From positions 25,429 to 89,428 of the forward strand of contig DIWH01000070.1 of the NCBI GenBank assembly GCA_002423485.1: 64,000 nt of DNA. Direction: 5' to 3'. Shown in pieces: positions 9,940-18,500 of this stretch. The DNA comes from Candidatus Xenobium occultum (GTDB lineage: Bacteria > Vulcanimicrobiota > Xenobia > Xenobiales > Xenobiaceae). How positions within the stretch are numbered: the stretch's first letter is position 1; the number at the start of each line of letters is the position of its first letter. Below the pieces are notes generated by a model. That model made no database searches. It saw only the letters and a program-made list of their open reading frames with translations, and was not told the origin of the DNA. A program made the translations under genes and the position numbers.

Positions 9940-10230
9940 ATGAACCACTGTCAGAGTTGTGGGATGCCCCTGGGAGACACCGAGGAGTGGCTGGGCCGCG
10001 AGCGGGACGGCAGTCTCAGCCCGGACTACTGCAAGCACTGCTATGACCGGGGCGAGTTCCGGGCCCAGATGACCATGGACCAGATGATCGAGTTCTGCAT
10101 CCCCCACCTGGTCCGAGCCCGGCCGGAGATGTCGCCCGCGGAAGCGCGCAAGCTCATGGAGGACATGTTCCCCCGGCTGAAGAGGTGGCGTCCTGCCGAC
10201 CAGGTCGGAGCCAACCTCTCCGGTCCGTGA
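9940..10230 (+). CDS. zinc-ribbon domain protein
   Basis: CQSCGMPL...YCKHCY gives two CxxC pairs. The ATG at 9940 has a GGAGGAAGCG SD immediately upstream. Confidence 0.6.
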   Translation: MNHCQSCGMPLGDTEEWLGRERDGSLSPDYCKHCYDRGEFRAQMTMDQMIEFCIPHLVRARPEMSPAEARKLMEDMFPRLKRWRPADQVGANLSGP

Positions 10231-10288
10231 CCGGCGGCTCCCCCGGAATCGCGCGGCAGCCCCCCCCGGCCGCCCCCGGCGAATCGAC

Positions 10289-11044
10289 CTACACCAAAGC
10301 CATCACGGCCAGAAAGTGGGCCGAACTGCCCATGAGGACGAAGAGGTGCCAGATCTCGTGGTGGCCGAAGACCCTTGGCCATGGGTTCGGCCAGCGGGCC
10401 CCATAGAAGACCGCGCCGATCGTGTAGGCGAGGCCACCCGCAAGCATCCAGGCCAGGGAGGTCGTCGACAGATGACGGGACAGGGGTTGGATGGCCAGGA
10501 CCACCAGCCATCCCATCCCCAGATACAGGGTCAGGGAGAGCCACTGGGGAGCCTCCAGCCACAGCAGCTTCAAGGTGCACCCCAGGACGGCGATGGTCCA
10601 CACCGCCGCCAGAAGGGACCAGCCCCACGGTCCCCACAGCGGCCCGGCGCAGAAGGGCGTGTAGGTCCCCGCGATCAGCACGAAAATCATCGTGTGGTCG
10701 AACTTCCGCAAGGCCCGCTCGCCCTGGGGAGACAGGCGCAGCGCGTGGTACAGGGTACTGGCCGTGTAGAGCAACACAAGGCTGATCCCGAAGATCGGGA
10801 AGGCGATCTTCGGCCAGGTCTGGCCTGACGCCAGGCTTCGCTGGACAAGCAGCACCAACCCGACCAGGGAGAGCAGCGCTCCCAGAAGGTGCGTCAAAGC
10901 GCTCACGGGGTCCTTCAGGGCAATGCCTCGCAAGGGTTGGCTCCTTTCAGCAGGAGAGGTCTCCCCGAAAGCCCCCTGCCAACGGGCAGTCTTCGAGGCG
11001 GAGGCTTTTTTCCCCCGCTCCCCGTGAGGTTGGAACGCCGACAA
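10289..11044 (-). CDS. hemolysin-III / PAQR family channel protein
   Basis: Seven hydrophobic segments, a C-terminal HHEIWHLFV motif and an N-terminal ALTHLLGALLSLVG segment. The track start is a TTG and the true start is probably 30-40 codons further in. Confidence 0.75.
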   Translation of the reverse strand: MSAFQPHGERGKKASASKTARWQGAFGETSPAERSQPLRGIALKDPVSALTHLLGALLSLVGLVLLVQRSLASGQTWPKIAFPIFGISLVLLYTASTLYHALRLSPQGERALRKFDHTMIFVLIAGTYTPFCAGPLWGPWGWSLLAAVWTIAVLGCTLKLLWLEAPQWLSLTLYLGMGWLVVLAIQPLSRHLSTTSLAWMLAGGLAYTIGAVFYGARWPNPWPRVFGHHEIWHLFVLMGSSAHFLAVMALV

Positions 11045-11162
11045 GATTCAACGGGGCGACCTGTCTCGCCTCATCCTGGCACAGAGGGGCGGCCACCCCG
11101 GGCTGCGTGCGTGATATGATGGCAGAGGAACGTCGGGATCCTGCCGGGAGGGAGCCGAGACA

Positions 11163-11378
11163 GTGAAGTTGACGATCGAGTTCGAGCGCGAAGGGGAGAC
11201 CCGCTGGATCGCCGAGGTCCTGGAACTTCCGGGTGTGCTGGTCTACGGGGCCAGCCGCGCCGAAGCCTCCACCCGCATCAAGTCGCTCGCGCTCAGCCGC
11301 GTCGCGGACATGCTCGCCCACGGTGAACTCGAGCTCGACAACCTGATCGAGTTCGAAGAAGCCACGCTGGCTGCTTGA
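11163..11378 (+). CDS. hicB: HicB-like antitoxin (UPF0150 fold, short form lacking a DNA-binding domain)
   Basis: MKLTIEFEREGETRWIAEVLELPGVLVYGASRAEA matches the HicB N-terminal beta-alpha pattern. The GTG start has a GGGAGGG SD. Its stop overlaps the next start by 4 bp. Confidence 0.7.
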   Translation: MKLTIEFEREGETRWIAEVLELPGVLVYGASRAEASTRIKSLALSRVADMLAHGELELDNLIEFEEATLAA

Positions 11379-11587
11379 GCATCTGGCCCAACACCAAGGC
11401 TCGGCGGGTCTATGCCGCGCTCCTCCGCATGGGTTGGCGGCTCAAGAGACAGAGCGGTTCCCATCGAGTCCTCGAGCGCTCTGGTTCCCCGGACTTCCTG
11501 TTCGCGTTCCACGACCGGGAGGAGATCGGCGGAGCGATGTTGGCGCGCATCGGCAGACGGACAGGCCTCCGGCCATCCGACCTCTGA
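11375..11587 (+). CDS. hicA: HicA mRNA-interferase toxin
   Basis: RRVYAALLRMGWRLKRQSGSHRVLER contains the HicA K/R...GW...GSH core. It is 70 aa and translationally coupled to hicB. Confidence 0.75.
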   Translation: MSIWPNTKARRVYAALLRMGWRLKRQSGSHRVLERSGSPDFLFAFHDREEIGGAMLARIGRRTGLRPSDL

Positions 11588-11661
11588 TCCACCCCCACGC
11601 TCCTGGTCATCCAGATCGAGCGGTAATAAACAGGCCTTCATGGGGTCGATTCAGAGCTTCT

Positions 11662-11678
11662 TCTAGCGTGAGTTTCGG
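11662..11678. repeat. left terminal inverted repeat of the IS
   Basis: TCTAGCGTGAGTTTCGG. It contains the TAG that terminates the unassigned plus-strand ORF 11412-11666. Confidence 0.7.
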
Positions 11679-11724
11679 GGGGCAGGGCGACCTCGGCCAG
11701 TGAAAGCCCGTAGCCACTGCGGTT

Positions 11725-13443
11725 TCAGCTCACGTCATGAGTATACACAAAGGGGGGCGCCTGTGGGACCAGGTGCTCGAACACCGGGGGATCGCCGTCG
11801 CCCTCCTCCAGGACCCAGTTGCATGTGATCTTCTGCTTGCTCCGTTGGGTTGCGGTGTGCATGACCATGGCGAGCCTTGTCCGGCCAAGATGGTTCAAGA
11901 GTCCGGACAGGCTTCCCGTCCAGCCGCAGCGGGTCCGAGCCTCGTGATGCACCAGTCGAGCGAGGATGTAGGCGATCAAGCAGATGAAGATGTGGACCCG
12001 GAGCTTCTGGTCTGTCCAGTGGAACTGGGGTCGCACCGCGAGGTGCGTCGGGTCCTTCACCTGACGGAAGGCTGCCTCCAATTCGTATTGGCCGCGGTAG
12101 GCGAGAACGATCTCCTCGCTGGTCCAGTCATGCCGGTCGGTCATGAGGATGCGCTTGCCGAAGACGTCCTGATCCAAGCGCTCCACGGCATCCTGGTCGA
12201 TCGACCAGGTCAGTCTTTCCCGCCCCGACCGCTCTGGATTGAACTCGACCCGGAGCACATCGCGCACGTATTGGCCTGAGGTGAGCGAAGCGATCTTCTT
12301 CTGGGCACTCTCCGCGTTGCGTGGCCGGGAGCGCGGCTTTTCCAACTGGTCCTGCCACCTCGTCAGCGCTCGAATGCGCTTCTGAAGATGCTGGTTCAGG
12401 CCCCTCATCTGGCCCTCCCGGAGCATCTCGCTTCGGTAGAGGACCAGAGTTCGCTCCGCGCCCCAGATCACGCGCTTGCAGCGGTACACCGGCAGTCCCG
12501 CCAGTCGACCATCCTCCAATGCCGCATATTCCTCCAGGGGGATCTCTCGAAGGGCGCGGTATCGGCTGGGCGGCAGGGCGCCGACGTAATGAAAGGGAGC
12601 CTCGTCCACCTGGGCCTGGTTGCTCCGGGAGTTGTTGCCCATATCGTAGACGATGGTCGTCTCCTTGACCTTCTCTCCCAGGAGCGCTTCGAGCCGGGCC
12701 TGGATGCACCCGAGCGCCTGTGAGAACTGGACGACATCTGGGACGTTGCCATCGTAGACATGCGTGCACAGGGGGATCTGGCTCTCTCGGGCGCACAACA
12801 CCGACCAGGAAATCAGGCGCAGGTCCACGCGCTTCTGCTTGGAGTGGCCGCGCTGCGGGAGCTTGGGCCGGGTGTTGGTGCTTGCGATATAGGTGAAGAA
12901 GTTCGTGGTGTCGTACAGCAGGGTCTCGAGCTTCAGTTGGAACTCGTCGACGACCTTGCGGACCAATTCACCCTCGATCGCCTCGAGAGCCTCTGGGGAA
13001 ACGCGGTTCATCTGGTCCCAGAAGAACTGGCTGGTCAGTCGGTCAGGCCGCGTCAGACCGAACAGGTGCGAGATCGTGGTGTCTGCCGCCCACTCTGCCC
13101 ACCCCCGCTTGGATCGAGGTTGCACGGCCCGGTTGAGAGCTGCCAGCAGCAATGTGGTGCCGACTGATGGCGAGCGGCGACCTGGACCGACGTGACGGTC
13201 GATGATCTCGGCTACGCCGAGCCTGTCAGCCATGGCTTTGAGCGCGGCAACGTTGCCGTGCTGCTTCGAGCTCAAACGGATGGGGCCCGGTGCCCGGCCC
13301 GGATCTTGAAGGCGAGCCAAAAGGGCATCGGCCGTTCCGAGATACGCAACTGGAACAGGGCGCGGCTTCCCGTTCACGCGGCGAGACTCGACGATGCGCC
13401 AGTAGGTCCTGCCACCGACGCGGTGCTTCTGGAGGCTGGCCAT
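11725..13443 (-). CDS. IS1634-family transposase
   Basis: 572 aa, ATG start. The sequence, size and C-terminal architecture resemble IS1634/IS4 DDE transposases. Confidence 0.85.
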   Translation of the reverse strand: MASLQKHRVGGRTYWRIVESRRVNGKPRPVPVAYLGTADALLARLQDPGRAPGPIRLSSKQHGNVAALKAMADRLGVAEIIDRHVGPGRRSPSVGTTLLLAALNRAVQPRSKRGWAEWAADTTISHLFGLTRPDRLTSQFFWDQMNRVSPEALEAIEGELVRKVVDEFQLKLETLLYDTTNFFTYIASTNTRPKLPQRGHSKQKRVDLRLISWSVLCARESQIPLCTHVYDGNVPDVVQFSQALGCIQARLEALLGEKVKETTIVYDMGNNSRSNQAQVDEAPFHYVGALPPSRYRALREIPLEEYAALEDGRLAGLPVYRCKRVIWGAERTLVLYRSEMLREGQMRGLNQHLQKRIRALTRWQDQLEKPRSRPRNAESAQKKIASLTSGQYVRDVLRVEFNPERSGRERLTWSIDQDAVERLDQDVFGKRILMTDRHDWTSEEIVLAYRGQYELEAAFRQVKDPTHLAVRPQFHWTDQKLRVHIFICLIAYILARLVHHEARTRCGWTGSLSGLLNHLGRTRLAMVMHTATQRSKQKITCNWVLEEGDGDPPVFEHLVPQAPPFVYTHDVS

Positions 13444-13611
13444 ACATTGTGTATACCATATATTTGAAAACCAGTCAAACTTCCGATTTCATCGGGGTTT
13501 GCTGGCATAGACCTGTTTGTGTATACACTTTTCGGCAAGAGAAGAGCCCCGGAAACGCCCGTCAAATGGGGCTTCCGGGGCTCCTGCGGCGGCCCAGGTT
13601 TGGGCGCCTAT

Positions 13612-13628
13612 CCGAAACTCACGCTAGA
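13612..13628. repeat. right terminal inverted repeat of the IS
   Basis: CCGAAACTCACGCTAGA. Its CTA is the minus-strand stop codon of gene 13624-14511. Confidence 0.7.
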
Positions 13629-14511
13629 CGGGCCGGATGGTGATCAGGTCCCCTTCCTTGATGCCCATCTTCTTGATCATCGCCGGGGCCAGGCCGGCAT
13701 AGCCACCCATCTTGCGCGCGGCCTGGCACTTGTACTCGTACAGATCGCCGTCGGAGGTTTCCAGCTCGACGTTGAAGGTGGTCTTGGCATCCAGGCCCCA
13801 CTCGCGTACGATGTACTCGTCCACCTTCACGATGTCTCCGGCTCGGAAGAAGGTGCCATCCTGCCGCGCGATGAGTTGCTTGATCTTCTCAAGCTCCTCC
13901 TCCTTCTGACGGCGGCGGTTCTCGATCTCCGAAGCCTTCTCGGCGTAGACGTTGAGGGTGGCGCCGTTCTTGTGGACATAGTCCAGAAGTTCGCTCACGG
14001 CGTCGGTGCCACAGAGAACCTGACCATACTCGCGGCTGAAGCGGTCGGTGACCAGCTCCCCCCGGTTCATCAGGAGGAAGTGGGTCCCCTCCCGGCTGGC
14101 CATCTTGATGATCCCACTGTACTCCCCGGATTCGAGGTTGGTCAGGACCTTTTTGAGTTCACGACGCTTGACCTCATAGTCCAGATACAAGGGCTGAAAG
14201 GCAAAGAGCCCACCCAAGACGTTGACGATGGGACCCGAAGCCACGTAGGTGGAGACCGCCAGATCGCGATTCTTGATCCGGTTCAGAAGGCGGGGCAGCA
14301 GGTGGACCGAGGCGCTTCCGCTGGCTGGATCGACCTCCATGGCCCGGACCAGGTTCCCCTCGGAGTAGAAGACAAGCCCCGAGGAATCCTGGAGGTCCAG
14401 CTTCACGTAACCCGTGAAGGCATCCTCCACCAGGTTGGTGAGCATCGTGTTGATATCCGAGTACGGGAGCGTCTCGTCCTCGATCAGGATGTTGCCTTTG
14501 GGGACCTGCAA
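13624..14511 (-). CDS. hypothetical protein with DUF4388-like N-terminal repeats and a C-terminal AbrB/SpoVT-like swapped-hairpin motif
   Basis: TTG start with an AGGAGG SD 9 nt upstream. The N-terminal GNILIEDETLPYSDINTMLTNLVEDAFTGYVKLDL resembles the DUF4388 pattern. The C-terminal MIKKMGIKEGDLITIRPV resembles the AbrB/MazE LGIxEGDxVxI motif. Its stop codon lies inside the IS terminal repeat. Confidence 0.5.
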   Translation of the reverse strand: MQVPKGNILIEDETLPYSDINTMLTNLVEDAFTGYVKLDLQDSSGLVFYSEGNLVRAMEVDPASGSASVHLLPRLLNRIKNRDLAVSTYVASGPIVNVLGGLFAFQPLYLDYEVKRRELKKVLTNLESGEYSGIIKMASREGTHFLLMNRGELVTDRFSREYGQVLCGTDAVSELLDYVHKNGATLNVYAEKASEIENRRRQKEEELEKIKQLIARQDGTFFRAGDIVKVDEYIVREWGLDAKTTFNVELETSDGDLYEYKCQAARKMGGYAGLAPAMIKKMGIKEGDLITIRPV

Positions 14512-14541
14512 GTTCCGAATCCTCCTGGATAGACTGTGGGC

Positions 14542-15576
14542 CTACTCTTCTTCAGTTTGAGGGGGGGGAGGCTTGGGCCGCCCCTCCTCACGTTTGAGGT
14601 CGAGGGAGATGGTGCGTGGGCGCCCGGTCTCCGACTCTGCGGGCCCCGGTGAGGTTGGAACCGCCACGGGGGGCGAAGAGGGCGGGCTCGGGCCCAACTG
14701 AATCCGGGAAGGCGGAGCCGGAGGCCCGGAGGGGAGCGCGGTTGGAGTCTCGGAAGCCACCGGAGGCTGGGACTCGGCTGAGGCTTTGGTCAACAGGGAC
14801 TTCCAGGGGTCCTCGTCCACCTCAGACTTGGGCGCCCCCGTGGCCTCCGCCGGAGCCGTCTGCCCCAGGAGCTTCTTCCAGGGGTCCTCCTCGGGAGCCT
14901 TCAGCGACACAGGAGACGGAGGTGCTGGCGGCTCATCCTCTGCCTGCACCTTGCTCAACAAAGCCGCCCAGTCCCCGCCAGACGACGGAGCCGTCACCGG
15001 CGAGGGGACCTCGAGGCGGCCCTCGGACGGGACCGACAGAACCGAACCGGTCTCCTCCGAGCCGATCTGGGCCAGACGCTGGAACGGGCTGAGCTCCTCG
15101 ACGTCATCCGGACGAACGGGCGCGACCGGCTCCTCGGAGCGGGGGGGAGGGGTCGAACCGGCAGGCCGGGTCATGGAGACCTCCTCCAAGGAGCCCGGGA
15201 CCTTCTGCTCGGCGGGTTCCTTCTCAGGTGCGGCGGTCTTCCTGAGCAGGGCTTTGAAGGGGTCTTCGTCCTCCAAGGAGGCCGGAGCCTCAGGCCCACC
15301 TGCGGGAGGTTCCTCCGTGGCCGGTGTCAGCAAGGGAGGGCCTGCCGCAGACCTGCGGGCCAGCACTTCCCAGACGACCAGTGCGACCAGCAGAGCGGCA
15401 AGCACCCAGAAAGCTCCCAGCAGGGTGCCGGTGTGCGCCCCCAGGCCCCCTTCCGGCTCTTGGGCCAGACCAGTCCCCGACAAAGCCAGGAACGCAAGAA
15501 GCAAGGTTCCCCCTCCCAGAGCGCGCGGCCTGACCGAGGGGCCTGCCCAGACATCCACGTGAGACTCGCTGTTCAC
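14542..15576 (-). CDS. single-pass membrane protein with a proline-rich tail and three EDP[FW]KxLL repeats
   Basis: Start taken at the GTG 8 nt after the TPR gene stop; an alternative GTG lies at 15558. There is a signal-anchor (GGTLLLAFLALSGTGLAQ) and a transmembrane helix (LLGAFWVLAALLVALVVWEV). A ~300-aa P/E/A/S-rich region contains DEDPFKALLRK, EEDPWKKLLGQ and DEDPWKSLLTK. The rest of the 568-aa track ORF overlaps the TPR gene. Confidence 0.55.
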   Translation of the reverse strand: MNSESHVDVWAGPSVRPRALGGGTLLLAFLALSGTGLAQEPEGGLGAHTGTLLGAFWVLAALLVALVVWEVLARRSAAGPPLLTPATEEPPAGGPEAPASLEDEDPFKALLRKTAAPEKEPAEQKVPGSLEEVSMTRPAGSTPPPRSEEPVAPVRPDDVEELSPFQRLAQIGSEETGSVLSVPSEGRLEVPSPVTAPSSGGDWAALLSKVQAEDEPPAPPSPVSLKAPEEDPWKKLLGQTAPAEATGAPKSEVDEDPWKSLLTKASAESQPPVASETPTALPSGPPAPPSRIQLGPSPPSSPPVAVPTSPGPAESETGRPRTISLDLKREEGRPKPPPPQTEEE

Positions 15577-15583
15577 GACTCTT

Positions 15584-18500
15584 CTAGACCTCTCTGCCCC
15601 AGTTGTCAGCAGGTTCCCCATACTCTCCGAGGTTCCCGCCATCCGAATCGGACTGGAGGCGCTCGAAGAGGACCTCGATGCGCTCCGAGACATCGCGGAA
15701 GCGGATGTCCACCGCGTAACACTCCTGATAGGCCTGGAGCGCCTCGTTGAAGCGCCCCTCCTCCTCCAGGACCTGGCCGAGGTTGTAGCGCAGGTCCAGC
15801 AGATCGTCGTCCATGAACCCGGGCTGGTCCAGAGCCTTGAGGAACTGACGGATGGCCAGATCCCGGTAGCCCTTTTCCTTGAAGGCCATTGCCAGGTGGT
15901 TGACCGCCAGCAGCATCTTGCCTGGGTCCCGAGAGGCCCGATAGAACTCCTGGATGGCTTCCTCCAGGAAGCCCATCTGCCGATAGAACTCACCCATCTT
16001 GATCTGGGATCCAGCATCCTCGGGCGAATAACCGACGGCCTGCCGATACTCGCTGACGATCCGACCCACCAGGCCTTTAGCGAAGATCTGACGGGCCACG
16101 CCGGCCGCCTCTTCCAGTCGCTCCTGCCGGGCGTAGATGATGGCCACCCGCGAGAGCGCCCCGGCACAACCGGGTTCCCTCCGCAGGACCTCGTCGTAGT
16201 AGGGACGAGCCTCCTCAAAATGCTCGGCATTGAAGAGCAGGTCCCCAATCTGCTCCAGGACCCGGGGTTCCTCGCCCGAACGACGGCCGATTTCCTCCAG
16301 GACCGGATGTGCCGCCTCCACGCCGCGATAGGCCAGGACCAGTTCGGCCAGGCGGAACAGCAGACCCAGGCCGTGCTCGACCCGCTGATGGTTCAAGGCC
16401 AGGTCGGCGGCGCGACGAGAATAGGCGATGGCCTGCTCGTGCTCGCCCAGCTCCAGGTATCGGGTGGAGATGGCTTCGACCAGCTCCAGCGCGCGGTCCC
16501 ACTCCTCCATCCTCTCCATGATCCCGGCCAGACGGTCTTTGACGATCAAGGAGATGCCCTTGCGCCCCTGGTCCAGGAAGGACTCTTCCAGGCGCTCGAT
16601 GCGAGAGATGCCCTCGGGCACGTTCTTGTGCCGGAAGAATCCGTCGATCAGCTTGACGAAGAGCGGATCGGTCCGTTCCTTGCGTCCTCGGACCAGATAC
16701 TGCTCCAAAGTGTGCAGATACTGCTCCTGGGCTTCCTTCCAGTCCTCCGCCTCCACCAGCTCGTCGGCCACGCGCTCGCGATACTCCAGGGCGGTCTCCC
16801 ACTGCTGGTTGTCTTCAAAGGTCCGCGAGAGGGTCCAGAAAACCTGGATCACGTGCTCATGGTCGCCCCGGCCCTTGTAGGTCGAGGCCAGCTCCTCCAT
16901 CAGCTTCTGGCCCTCTTCCAGGAAGCCGGTCTTCAGGAACATCTCACCCAGGCGCTGGCGAAGCTCCAGGTTCAGAGGCTGCAAGTTGACAATTTCGCGC
17001 ACGCACAGGCGGGCTTCGTCGATCTCGCCCCGATCCAGGTGAATGCCGAGCAACATCCGATAATGTTCGGTGGCCTCGTCGAACCGGAGGTTCCTGGTCA
17101 GCAACTGAATCAACTGACGCCGGTGGGGGATGTCCTTGGGCTCGAGCTCGAGAATCCGATGGAGGACCCGCTGGGCCACCTCAGGAAGATTCTGCAGCAG
17201 GTAGACCTTGGCCAGTTGCGAGAACTGCTCGAGGGCCTGGGCGGTCTGACCATGTTCGGCCCAGATGTGGCCCAGACGGTAACGGGCATTCAGGTTTTCC
17301 GGGTCGATCTCCAGCAGACGGCTGTAGATATCCGCAGCCGACGTGGCATTCCCCTCGCTATGGAAACGGCCGGCCAGGACCAGCATGCCCTCTCGGGCGC
17401 GCTCCAGCTTGCCCTGGCAAGCCACCTCGTGGGAGAGCCGCAGCCGGATCTCGACGTCCGCGGGATGGTAGGCCAGCAGCTCGCGGTAGAGACGCTCCGC
17501 CTCCTGATGGTTTCCCGTGGCGGAAACAGACTCCGCCATCTGGTAGACCTCCTGGCGCGCCTGAGCCAGGTCTCCCGACATCAGGTAGTTGTGGACGATC
17601 CCATCCAGGTACTGCTGCTTTTCGTCCATGTCGTCGGGAAGGTGCAGGACCATCTCCCGCAGACGGTCCATCTGCCCGGTAGCCTCAAACTTCTGCAGGA
17701 GCAGGCGCAAGAAGGACCGCTTCTCGGGATCACCGGGGTCCAGGGCATGGATGTCGCGCTCGGCGTCCTCCAGGCGGTTGGCGTTGAGGTAGGCCTGAAT
17801 GATTCGGCGCCGATAGCGGGGACGGATTTCGTCCTCCAACGAGAGACGGCCAACCTCCTCGGCGGCCCGATCGATGTCTCCGCTTTGCAGATAGGCCTCG
17901 ATCAACTGGCCCATGAACGAGTTTCGAGCCGGGTCCGCCTCGGGCAGACGCTCGATCTCACGAATTGCCTCGGAGAGACGGTTTGCCGTCAGCAGGCCGG
18001 AAATCTGCCGAGCCAGGAAATCCGGACGCGACTCGTCGCCCTCGGGAAGTCGGGCCAGCTCAGCGGCCGCTTCTTCCAGTCGACCGGTATCCTGATAGGA
18101 GCCGATCAGGCGCCTCTGAAAGGAGAGTCGGAGGGGGTCCTCGGCGGGAAGCCGGTTGATCAACTCCGCCGCCGTCTCGAGGTTCCCCGAGTTGAGGTAC
18201 ATCTCCATCAGGCGGGTGACCAGCCGGTTGCGCTCCTTGTCCGAGCGGGGCACCAGGGGCATGGCCGCGTCGGCCTTCTCCAGATCATTGGCATCCAGGT
18301 AGCGTTTGATCAGGTCCTTGCGGAACCCGACCTTGCGCTCGTCGTCGTCGAGCAGGCGGTCCAGGTGGCCCTCCACCTCCTCCAGGTGGCCGTCCGCCAG
18401 TTCCTTCTCGATCAGGCGACAGAGGAGGTTCCCCCGCTCGAAATCCTCTTCGGGCAGGGCCTGGATCTCTTGAAGAGCCTCCTCCAGTCGGCCGGACTCC

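Larger units (their letters stand above)
11662..13628 (-). mobile_element. IS1634-family (IS4 superfamily) insertion sequence, apparently intact
   Basis: A single 572-aa transposase ORF is flanked by perfect 17-bp terminal inverted repeats: TCTAGCGTGAGTTTCGG at 11662-11678 and its reverse complement at 13612-13628. A second inner inverted pair GTATACACAAA occurs at 11741-11751 and 13516-13526. No direct target duplication is evident. Confidence 0.8.

Noticed and set aside
8541-10107. 285-aa and 500-aa minus-strand ORFs
   Set aside because: Antisense to the glucosaminidase-domain gene and the zinc-ribbon gene. They are Ala/Gly/Pro-rich with no domains. The plus-strand products have recognisable domains and an SD.
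11243-11666. Small ORFs between hicA and the IS (11243-11641 minus, 11412-11666 plus)
   Set aside because: They overlap hicA and end exactly at the TAG inside the IS terminal repeat. There is no SD or domain. They are probably created by the insertion.
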